Below, one piece after another: positions 25,097-36,504 of a DNA stretch of 64,000 nt (within the stretch, counting starts at the first letter, position 1; each line of letters begins with the position of its first letter). The stretch is from Octopus sinensis. Lineage: Eukaryota. A program made the position numbers and the translations under genes. Below the pieces are notes generated by a model that saw nothing but the letters and a program-made list of their open reading frames with translations, was not told where the DNA came from and searched no databases. Location: NCBI RefSeq assembly GCF_006345805.1, contig NC_043004.1, forward strand, positions 55,738,001 through 55,802,000, given 5' to 3'.

Positions 25097-25558
25097 TGCA
25101 GCAATCCTTCAGTTTTTCTAAGTCCTGTAAAATAACTCGGAAAGTTGGGCCTCCAACCAGGTCTTTCATGATACCCTTAAAACCAGGAACTTCTCAGCAT
25201 ACCCTCATACCACTGTTGCTACTATTACTATTACTACTGCCACTTCAGCCTCATTATACTAGAAATGGTAGTCAAATTGTAAGAGAGAAAAGCAGAAAAT
25301 GGTAACAAGAAAAAACAACAAATGTATGAGCATGCACACTCACACACATAAATACATATTTTGGCTGATAAATATCTTTTGCTTCTCTCTGAGACAAAAT
25401 CACAGCATCCAAAACATCAGTTCACTCTTTTTCTCCCCACAACATCCCAATATATCTACAAACACACAAAACTTTATTGTATTGCCTTCACTGACACATG
25501 TCACCACCAGTTCTTTCAGACCATGTTTTCAACTTTATATATATATATATATATATGT

Positions 25559-25847
25559 GGGGGCGCAATGGCCCAGTGGTTAGGGTAGCGGACTCGCGGT
25601 TGTAGGATCGCGGTTTCGATTCCCAGACCGGGCGTTGTGAGTGTTTATTGAGTGAAAACACCTAAAAGCTCCACGAGGCTCCGGCAGGGGGTGGTGATCC
25701 CTGCTGTACTCTTTCACCACTCTTTCTTCTGTTGGCTTGCTCACTTAGCCAGCGGGGTGACATCGTTCGAAGGCTAAAACAATGCGAACGCATTGTGACC
25801 AGCGATGTGTAGCAACATCTGATGGTCTGGTCGGTCAAGTGATCGTG

Positions 25848-25848
<1 letters not shown>
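25559..25848 (+). mobile_element. SINE family B, short-tail variant
   Basis: Same tRNA-like head as the 1114 copy but a different tail ending ..GGTCTGGTCG.TCA.GTGA. Confidence 0.85.
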
Positions 25849-25901
<53 letters not shown>

Positions 25902-28353
25902 GCAACATGGACTAAAAACTTCTTAAGAAAATACAAACTTTATTTTCACCAATACAAACAATATTTTCACCAATTTCAATGTCATGATTAGCAAGGTGTG
26001 AAACCGGTTGACTATCATAATACTCTAAAAATATATAAATTGTATACATTTTCCTTCTTTTATTATATATTTTTTTTACTACAAATGACTACATGGAAAA
26101 AATATTTTCAACAAAATTTTTTTTACTATACATATATATATATAAAAAAAACCCAGCAATGTGTTGCCCATGTGTTATGACCTACAGCCACATTGTATTA
26201 TTTGTTCCTTTCTTATGGGCAGAATTGGCACAGCTGATATATGGTGAACTGGATTACTAGCCTAATGAAAGTTATTGTGTGTTAAAAAGTCAAGGAGGGA
26301 GGGTACAATCTGCATGGTTTTGCATGAAAATGCTTTCTGTATTGTTTCATCATATACAAGGGGTTAATATGATTTTGCCCAGAAATCACATTTTCAAAAT
26401 TTTAATTCCCCCCCCCCCCCGCATCCCCACCACAATTTTTTAATTTGTAACTTTCTTCAAATATTTTGTTTTTATCTATGTAGAAAAATACAGAGATTAT
26501 GAATCTGGGAAATATATATATTTTTTAAAAGTTTAATTTTTCTTAAATTAAAGGAACTCAATGTTCCTTCTCCTCCCTTGTCCACCCATCACCTACCTGC
26601 TTCCAAAAAGCTAAAATCTCTCATTGTTTCATTTTTCTCTGATGTTTCAGGCATATTTTATGCCTGAAATAACAGACATAAAAAAATACCAAACCACCAC
26701 CAGAAAACCCGACATGCTAGAAACAACAGGTAAACAACATTATTTTTGAGGAAAATTCCCCGCCTTCCAAAAAAGCTAAAAGTGAAACATTGGGAGTTTG
26801 TGGCTTTGTGAAAGTGGTAAGGTGATTGGTGGATGTTTGGGAAGGAGATTTTAGTGATTCTTGAAGAAAAAAGAAAGAAGAAAATTTTTAAAGATTCATA
26901 CTCTGTTTTTTTTTTTACTCCATGGATTACCAAGGAAAAAATTTGGAAAGAAGTAAAAATAAAGAATTTTTGGGGTGGGGAGGGAGAAAATTAAAATATT
27001 GAGAACATGTTTTTTGGGTGAAATTTTAATCTCCTGTATGGAAAATGCCTTTTATGTGTCAGGCGGGCCTTGCAACGATCACATTCGGAGGTTGCATTTT
27101 ACGTGCCACCCGCATGGAGGAGGGGGTGTGTGTGTGCAATCAGATGGTACTGGCATCGGCCATGTTTGGATGGTGTTTTTTACATGCCACTGGCACAGGA
27201 GCCAGTCAGGCGGATCATGTTATATATATACACAGACGTGACAGAAATAAATAGACACCCTATAAAACATTATTTTATGTTTATTTTAACCTCAAATGGT
27301 TTGTACTTTGTTAAAGTTTATTCAGTCACGATTTGCACTTTTGTATGAATATATTTTTTATTTATTCGTATTTGATCTGTGGTACTGATGGAACAAAGGT
27401 AAAGAGAGAAATGTTGGAATTTGGGGGACTTATTTTTTGCACATATTTCTATGTACCTACTCAGTGGGATTTGCCTAGTACTGGTTTTTGTATTTGTTGA
27501 TGAATAGTCAGTCTGTTTCTGGAAGTAAGTTTTGTTTGATCTATGTAATCCTCTATGTAATAGATATTCAAGAACTATGAAAATTAAAAACACTTCAGAC
27601 ATACCCAATACTCTATCCTTATTACAACATATGACTCCCAAAACACAGGTTTACAACATTATCCAGCAGGTCATTCCACTGCTGAGACAAGACCCAAGAA
27701 TGAAACAGGCACTTGAAATATACAAAATAATCAAAATCCCTCAAAAAAAAAAATACTTATCTGTGCTAAATTCATCATCACCATCATCACCATTTAACGT
27801 TTGCTTTTCATACTAGCATGGGTTGGCCGATTTGACTGAGGACTGGCGAACCAGATGGCTGCACCAAACTCCAATCTGATCTGGCAGAGTTTCTACAGCT
27901 GGATGCCCTTCCTAACGCTAACCACTCTGAGAGTGTAGTGGATGCTTTTACGTGCCACTGGCATGAGGGCCAGTCAGGCAGTACTGGCAATGGTCATGCT
28001 CAAGTGGTGTTTTTTACGTGCCACCTGCACAGCAACCAGTCCAGCAGCACTGGCAACAACCTCACTTGAATGCTTTTTCAAGTGCCAGTAAGGCAACACT
28101 GGTAATGATCATGTTTGAATGGTGCTTTTTATGTGCCTCCAGCATGGAAGCCAATCAGCTGCTCTGGCAGTAATCATGCTCGGATGGTGCTCTTAGTGCT
28201 AACAACTTTCCACAAATCCCAGACTAACAATCAAATGATGTTGCTGCCCTATTTGTGCACCTCACTGAAGACGAAACATATATATTGAAATCATAAAAAA
28301 AATCATTTTGCCTGTTCATCAAAAGTTTTAATGTATATTAAATATAATAGACT

Positions 28354-28434
28354 TAACAAGGGTTACATAACAAGGGTTGCATAAAGGGTTATGTAACAAG
28401 GGTTACATAAAGGGTTACATAACAAGGGTGACAT
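28354..28434 (+). repeat. 12-14-bp minisatellite (TAACAAGGGTTACA) x6
   Basis: Direct tandem units with variants. Confidence 0.85.
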
Positions 28435-28897
28435 GGAAAGAGAACTTGCTGAGACAACAGATGAGGAGAAGGACAATGAATAGTTGATTGACCATCATAT
28501 AAACAACACATACACACACAGCCACACGTACAGGTCATAAGTCACGAGCCAGCAGAAAACTTGGAAAGATGAAGAATAGTGAAACTATTTTTATTCTAGT
28601 TTTAGAGATAGTAAACATAGAACTAATATCCCTTCACAACCATTCTCATTCCTAAGTGTTTCTACTGGCTGATGGCTTAAAGGTTTGTACATGTAGGTGT
28701 GTATTTGTTTGTGTGTTTGTACAATGGATGATCAGTTACTCACCATCCAACCATTCAGCAATCATATGCTAATGTCCATCTGTCATCATGGTGAGTTTTC
28801 CTCTCATGTCATCTGTTTCTTTCCTGTCTGAGTTCCAGGCCAACAGGTTACAACACATGCTCACACACAGTTTAAATGTGTGTGTGTGTGTGTGGTG

Positions 28898-28928
<31 letters not shown>

Positions 28929-28935
28929 TGTGTGA

Positions 28936-28975
<40 letters not shown>

Positions 28976-28981
<6 letters not shown>

Positions 28982-29168
28982 TTTATTTAAAGCAGCAGAA
29001 AATTCAACAAAATCTGTTGCTCTGAGTTCTCGTTGCCGTTCATCAGACAGTTTTTGTTAGAATGGAACCGATCGGTTCCATTCTAACAGAAACTGTCTGA
29101 TGAACGGCAACGAGAAACTCAGAGCAACAGATTTTGTTGAATTTTCTGCTGCTTTAAATAAAGCATAT
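28976..29168. repeat. Near-perfect 193-bp palindrome with no spacer, each arm carrying a hammerhead-like motif (family F3)
   Basis: Centre is CCGA|TCGG at 29071/29072, with 1 mismatch and 1 indel. CUGU-CUGAUGA-..-GAA-ACUC(A)GAGC-A-ACAG at 29093-29130. Confidence 0.92.
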
Positions 29169-29472
29169 TACTCTACCACTGGTATTTGAGTACTCTTTTT
29201 TCCACCTTGTTTCACATTTATGTGTTTACTTCGGTGTATATATATATATATATATATGAGTTAGGAATTGATCAGTGCCTAAACATACCAACACTAAATT
29301 CCCCAATTACAATTATTTCTAAATCCAGGGTTGTAGAACAGCTAGCATCACTGCAGAACTTCTGATTCAATCTTTCTTCTCCCTCTGTATACGCATAAAT
29401 AATGTATAGGAAGAGAATTGATAAAAAGAAACAGTGAGAAATATTTTTATACTACATTAAACCACATTCTTA

Positions 29473-29771
29473 TCTTTATATATAAAAGTCAAGTTGTAAG
29501 TCTGTCTCCTACGATTTAGATTCCTAACTACTCCCACATTTTGCGGTGCAGTTTAACCAAAAGCGGGTATCCTATAGTCGTGATTCATATCGAGCCCTTC
29601 TGGGTATTGGCGCGCGTCTACGATGAGTCTACGATTTAAAAAAAAAATTTACCATCATTTTTTTTTCCATTTTTAATGCATTTTTTTGCTAATTTTTGGC
29701 TATAACTCTCTAAAAATGCTTATATAGTTATTTCCCTTACAAACCCGAGCAATGTCGGGCAAAACTGCGAG
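29473..29771 (+). mobile_element. Non-autonomous Helitron
   Basis: A|TC start, CCCGAGCAATGTCGGG hairpin, CGAG|T end (decayed CTAG). Ends 160 bp from the exon donor. Confidence 0.8.
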
Positions 29772-29931
29772 TAAGGTATAAATGTTTTAGATGAAAACAT
29801 ATTCTTTCCTACAATATTTATTGGAGTAAATGTCTCAACATATAAAGTGTAAAAGAATAAAAGAATATTGGAACAAATTTTAAGAGTAAAATACCCCTAA
29901 GGGAAAATGTGGTGCATATAATGAACATTAC

Positions 29932-30054
29932 CCGAAAAATGACTCTGGATATTTGGGTGGTCGCTTGGCTCCAGCAGCATTTGAAAATCCAGTACTTCTT
30001 AACAGTTTGCAGACTTCATCAATATTAGAGTCATCAGCACCGGTCTTTTGTGCA
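29932..30054 (-). CDS. WASHC5: Strumpellin internal coding exon, 123 nt
   Basis: Reads (S)[40 protein letters not shown](G), matching the strumpellin [15 protein letters not shown]...YPESYF segment. Acceptor ttattttgtAG and donor GTaat. In phase at both ends. Confidence 0.96.
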
Positions 30055-30450
30055 CTACAAATAATAAAAAGAATTATGATAATATTGTTATATATGACCT
30101 ACATCCAATGCTAGACACCTCATCCCACAAATTGATAAACAAACTCACATAACATATATTCTAACAATCTCTACTCAAGAATATAACCCAACCCACACAA
30201 CACAATCACCTCGTGATACAAAAAACATGTACTATAACCCAATACACAAAATACACACCGTTTAATACTAACCCAAGCCACAAAGCACACACTCTAAACA
30301 TAACAAACAAAATTACACAACTCGTATACAAGAGATGAAACACTACAATAACAGGAGAAACAGTAAAACAACAACATGACAAAATAAAACTGATGTAGAA
30401 TATAAGCACAATTTTACACCTCCAAAGTCAATATTGTCCACATCTCAAGG

Positions 30451-31035
30451 GTGGTGAGCTGGCAGAATCACTGGGAAGCACTCCGTTGGTTACGACGATG
30501 AGGGTTCCGGTTGATCCGATCAACGGAACAGCCTGCTCGTGAAATTAACGTGTAAGTGGCTGAACACGCCACAGACACGTGTACTCTTAACGTAGTTCTC
30601 GGGGATATTCAGCGTGACACAGAGAGTGACAAGGCCGGCCCTTTGAAATATAGGTACAACAGAAACAGGAAGTAAGAGTGAGAGAAAGTTGTGGTGAAAG
30701 AGTACCACCATCCCTGCCGGAGCCTCGTGGAGCTTTAGGTGTTTTCGCTCAATAAACACTCACAACGCCTGGTCTGGGAGTTGAAACCATGATCCTACGA
30801 TCGCGTGTCCGCTGCCCTAACCACTGGGCCATTGCGCCTCCACGGCAGAATCATTAGCACACCAGGCGAAATGCTTAGCGGTATTTCAACTTTGCCTTTC
30901 ATCCTTTCAGGGTCGATTAAATTTAAATAAATACCAGTTATGCACTGGGGTTGATGAAATGTGCTCAATACCTTTGTCTGTCCTTGTTTGTCTCCTCTAT
31001 GTTTAGCTCCCTGTGGAAAATAAAGAAATAAATAT
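30451..31035 (+). mobile_element. SINE-C with a nested minus-strand SINE-B (30471-30842)
   Basis: The 10-bp target duplication GGCAGAATCA flanks the nested copy. Confidence 0.82.
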
Positions 31036-31387
31036 CGTCCAGACCTCTGGAACCTGGATTTGAAGCTGACAGTGCAGTAGGAATTTTTTAAATAAATCTT
31101 CAAATAATAGCCATTTCCACTGATTCTCACAGGTTTTAACAGAACTACTTCCATGCAAACATGAAAAATGAACTATTCACTTAGACACTGTAGCAAATAA
31201 CATTTTATGGCATGAAAGTTACAAAGATATTCAGATATGAAAAAAAAAAATAAACCCATCTCAAAAAATTACAAGATTTGAAAATCTTTTTGAATTTAAG
31301 AAACAAGACAAAACTAATTGTTGATATGGTAACCAAGTTAAACTTAAAACTGAACAGCAAGAAAGAAAAAATATTTATGCTACAGTA

Positions 31388-31740
31388 TACTCTTTTACTC
31401 TTTTACTTGTTTCAGTCATTTGACTGCGGTCATGCTGGAGCACCGCCTTTAGTCGATCAAATCAACCCCGGGACTTATTCTTTGTAAGCCCAGTACTTAT
31501 TCTATCGGTCTCTTTTGCCGAACCGCTAAGTGACGGGGACGTAAACACACCAGCATCGGTTGTCAAGCAATGCTAGGGGGACAAACACAGACACACAAAC
31601 ACACACACACACATATATATATATACATATATACGACAGGCTTCTTTCAGTTTCCGTCTACCAAATCCACTCACAAGGCATTGGTTGGCCCGGGGCTATA
31701 GCAGAAGACACTTGCCCAAGATGCCACGCAGTGGGACTTA
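31388..31740 (-). mobile_element. SINE family A
   Basis: 5'-truncated match. Confidence 0.85.
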
Positions 31741-32333
31741 ACTAATGAGGTGGGGAGAGGGAGAGAACAACAAACTATTTTTTCAAAATAGGCAGTTAGA
31801 TTCTGGGGTCTCTGCTAATCAGTGTTAATAATGTGTCTGCACATGTATGTAAAGGCATGGGCAAATTTATTTTTTTTATTATTGTTTTTTGCAGAAGACT
31901 GACATTTATTCAAGCATGAAAATTTCCCTTCTTTACTCTACTAATATTATCAGTACAGCCTGGATGAGTGGTGGTGCAGGTACTGCTATCAGATATTGCA
32001 GGGTTAGAAGCAATACGGCAAAGCATTGGTTCAGATACTCTAATAGCAGTACTGCTAATCCAGTTCCCTGGATTGGCACTTTTTTTTATCAAGTGCAAAA
32101 AGTTAAAAATTAAAGTTGGGTTTAGAGGGATTTGAAATCAGAGTGTAGAAAGTTGTAACAAATACTGTGAGGTATTCTATACAACACTCTGATAACTATG
32201 CCAATATACTGCCTTAGACAACTATATAGGCACATAAAGTTAATCCAAACAAGAAAACACAAAAAAACACAACGCAAGGACATGGAACAAATATAGTATT
32301 ATTGGACGCTCAGGAAAGAAGGGAAGAAGGAGG

Positions 32334-32368
32334 GTTTAACGTTTCGAGCAGAGCTCTTCGTCGGAAAC
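32334..32368 (-). ncRNA. Hammerhead-like motif (family F1; element ~32237-32430)
   Basis: GUUU-CCGACGA-A-GAGC(UCU)GCUC-GAA-ACGU-U-AAAC. U4C change in the core, stems intact. Confidence 0.55.
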
Positions 32369-33090
32369 ATAGGGGAAGGAAAGATCCAGAGAAGGGAAGA
32401 CAGAGGAAAAAAAAAAAAAGTCGCCAACGGTACACACAAGGTCATAGGCACATACATCCATATAAAAGAGTTTAGCTTCACCGTAACTACATTGACTCTG
32501 ATTATTGATATGAAAAATCATTTTCTTAAGAGGAAGGGATAGTATATAAGCTATTGATTAGACACGAGTACTTTGACTGTTTTTGGCAGAATAAACACTT
32601 GAAATTCATTAGTGAAGTACTTAGAATATGAAATCAGCAGACTCATTAAAGTAAATCAAGTGGGGTTTTATCTGAAACTATGAATGAAGAATTCACATGA
32701 ATATCATAATGCTACAAAGAACTTGGAGAAGGGAAATGGCAGAGGGAATAAATAAGATAATTGGACAGAACTGTTTGTAAACAATGTAGTCAAATCTACT
32801 CTGTTTTGCGCTTTGTATTCTTAATTCTACATGAATCAATACGTATAGTTGATGTTGTTTAGTCCCAGGACGACCTAGACCAAGTAGTCATATAATCAAA
32901 ATATGAGTCTGACTATCACGAATGTAAAAAGTGGTTCTTTGTATCATCATCATCATCATGTGTATGTGTGCGTGCGTGTGTGTGTGTGTGAATGGATGGA
33001 TAGATGCATGCATGTATGTATCTATAAATGTACGTGTATGGCTATATATGTTAAGAGTTTCTTTGATTGGTTGTGTATATAACAATATGT

Positions 33091-33320
33091 ACCTATTTCT
33101 TTACTACCCACAAGGGGCTAAACACAGAGGGGACGAACAAGGACAAACGGATTAAGTCGATTATATCGACCCCAGTGCATAACTGGTACTTATTTAATCG
33201 ACCCCGAAAGGATGAAAGGCAAAGTCGACCTCGGCGGAATTTGAACTCAGAACGTAGCGGTAGACGAAATACTGCTAAGCATTTCGTCCAGGGTGCTAAC
33301 GTCTCTGCCAGCTCGCCACC
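33091..33320 (-). mobile_element. SINE family C
   Basis: Full-length match. Confidence 0.82.
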
Positions 33321-33337
33321 TTCAATATGTACCTGCA

Positions 33338-34968
33338 TACAAGTGTCAGCTGTCAAGTTTATAGGGTGACCAAGAGACTCTCATGGAATGTGACCAAAAG
33401 GGGTTTATATTTCAACGTAGACCCCATTGCAGTCCACCCACTTCTTCCATCAGTATTGCAGTGCTTGAATCCCATTAGTGAAGAAGATTTCATCCTGTTA
33501 GTCAAAAAAATCATCAACAGCAGATATAGCATCATCATCACTGTGATACTGGTTCCAGGCCAAGTGTTTTTTCATGGTAGGGAACAAATGATAGTAGTCA
33601 GATGAGGCCAAATCAGGAGAACAAGAAGGGTACTCTATCAGTTCAATGCTACAGTCATGCAAAACAGCCATTGAAGCCAAAGACTTGTGTGCTAGAGCAC
33701 TGTCCTGATGAAACAAGAGCCCTTTTGTCAGTTTTCCTGGGTGTTTCATCTTGATAGCCCTTTGTAACTGCCCCAGCAAGTTGGTATAGTACTTTCTGTT
33801 GATGGTGTGATCCTTTTGAAGATAGTCAATAAACAATGCCTTTATGCAAAAAACTGAGGCCATTCCCTTTTCTGCAGATGGAATGACCTTGGACTTCTCT
33901 GGAGCACGTTTCTACTGCAGTTTCTACTGCATGGATTGTCTTTTTGTCTCTCACTCAAAGTGATGAGTCGATCACTTATTCCAGGTAAGGAAACATCGAA
34001 GGAAACCAGCTGGATCTGCCTCAAACAATGTCGAATTTTCCTGTGATGTGATCAGCCTGGTGTGCTTTTGATCAGGTTTCAGAAGACATGGCAGCCACAG
34101 AGCAAAACCCTTCATCATGCCAAGTTCATTGCTCAGAAAATTATTAACTCTCTCAAGGGATATGCCAACAGTATTCACTATTTGATTGTGGTGAACATGA
34201 TCAATGTTTTCCTTGGTCATAGCAGTTGCAGGATGCCCTGACCTTAGGTCATCCCCTACTAAATTCAGCTGCCCGCTTTTGCACTCTTTTACTTGTTTCA
34301 GTCATTTGACTGTGGCCATGCTGGAGCACCGCCTTTAGTCGAGCAAATCGACCCCGGGACTTATTCTTTGTAAGCCCAGTACTTATTCTATCGGTCTCTT
34401 TTGCCGAACTGCTAAGTGACGGGGACGTAAACACACCAGCATCGGTTGTCAAGCAATGCTAGGGGGACAAACACAGACACACAAACACACATACATATAT
34501 ATACATATATACGACAGGCTTCTTTCAGTTTCCGTCTACCAAATCCACTCACAAGGCATTGGTCGGCCCGGGGCTATAGCAGAAGACACTTGCCCAAGAT
34601 GCCACGCAGTGGGACTGAACCCGGAACCGTGTGGTTGGTTAGCAAGCTACTAACCACACAACCACTTCTGCGCCTATTAATAAAACTAGAGCATCATTCC
34701 CTAATGTAGCAACTATGTCAGCATGAATGTCCTTGAAGGCTAAATGCTTTTTCTGTAGGTATTTGATAACACCATCATGCCAAATTTTGTCCATTTACAA
34801 GAGAAGTCACTACTAGTTACTTTTGAAGTCTTCTTTGAACAGTCAAATATCAATTTACCTGGAAAGAAACCACGCAGTTAATAAGTCGAAATTAATGCAT
34901 ACAAAATTTCACAGCTCTAGCATCACTCCTCTGTAGCCAGCCTTAGATCTTTTCAGCCCACCCTCGTA
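33338..34968 (-). mobile_element. Degraded mariner (DD34D, Himar/irritans-like) interrupted by SINE-A (34284-34675)
   Basis: LFHQDSALAHKS and PSCSPDLASSDYYHLFP remnants. Degenerate TIRs TACGAGGGTGGGCTGAAAAG and TACAAGTGTCAGCTGTCAAG. Confidence 0.82.
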
Positions 34969-35124
34969 TACTTATATCTATTTGTGGGACTTCTTTTATG
35001 TGTGTATTGAATTGCGTTTGTTTTTCTTGGCACAACATGTAGTGTTTGATGGATTGTATCTGTTTTACGCAAAGGCACAGACTATGCATCAGTTATTCTG
35101 CCTGAGAATTACATTAAATGTACA

Positions 35125-35505
35125 TGGCTGTGTGGTAAGTAGCTTGTTTACCAACCACATGGTTCCGGGTTCGCTCCCACTGCGTGGCACCTTGGGCAAG
35201 TGTCTTCTACTATAGCCGCGGGCCGACCAAAGCCTTGTGAGTGGATTTGGTAGGCGGAAACTGAAAGAAGCCTGTCGTATATATGTATATATATGTATGT
35301 GTGTTTGTGTGTCTGTGTTTGTCCCCCTAGCATTGCTTGACAACCGATGCTGGTGTGTTTATGTCCCCGTCACTTAGCGGTTCGGCAAAAGAGACCAATA
35401 GAATAAGTACTGGGCTTACAAAGAATAAGTCCCGGGGTCGAATTGCTCGATTAAAGGTGGTGCTCCAGCATGGCCGCAGTCAAATGACTGAAACAAGTAA
35501 AAGAG
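35125..35505 (+). mobile_element. SINE family A
   Basis: Full-length match. Confidence 0.85.
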
Positions 35506-35695
35506 AGTATGTCTGCAAAATGTTCATCCACTTTTATGTTAATTCAGGGGCAGGTAATTCATTTGGTTCAACAACTGAATCCTGTTCCATGATGAATTCA
35601 AATTTGTGATATTAAGCATTAATTCCATCTCATCTTTTGGTAAATACAGATTTTGGAGAGGTTTTTTTCCCCCTGGCATAGTTGAGATGTGGCGG

Positions 35696-35730
<35 letters not shown>

Positions 35731-36504
35731 AGAGGGAGAGAGAGTTAGAGAAAGATTGGAAAAGACAGAAAGAGAGAGGGAGAAACAGAAAGACTGGAAG
35801 AGAGAGCAGGAAAGAGAGAGAAAGAGAGAGAGAATTAGGGAGTGATTAGGAAAATGGGAGAAAGGGAGAGAGAAGGAGAAAGACTTAGAAAGAAATCGGA
35901 AAAGACAGAGAGAGAGAAAAAGAGAGAGACAGGAAGCAGCACACTTAATGGTTAGAGACTGAAACAGGTTTATATTATAATTAATAACCAATCCATGCAA
36001 ATTTCTCTCAGAAAATCCGGTACCTATCAAGTGAGACAACAGAAGAGGCTTCCATATGGTTGCTCAACCTGCTAGAAATAGCAACCAATTTTACCTTTTT
36101 ACACCTCAATATTCATAAAAGAAGGAATGACATATTGGTTATCATTATTCAACATCCACTTTCCAATGTTTGCACATGGATCAGATGGAATTTGCTGAGA
36201 CAGATTTTCTACAGCCGGATATCTTTTCTGTTGCTAGTCCTCATCTGTTTCCAGAAAAGCAAGGTAATATTTCCTCATGATCAGACATATTTTTCACAAA
36301 AGACTTAAAATAAACAATCTCGCTTGTATAACAATGATGCTCATTTACAACAATCATGTGATGCAGAGACAGTGGTACACAGAAACACAAAACCCATGTG
36401 TGAGTGTGTGTGTGTATATATATGTATAACTTAAAACTTACTTGGGAAAGGATGCGTGGCGTTCGATCATATAATAATATAAATAATATATAAATATATG
36501 CATA

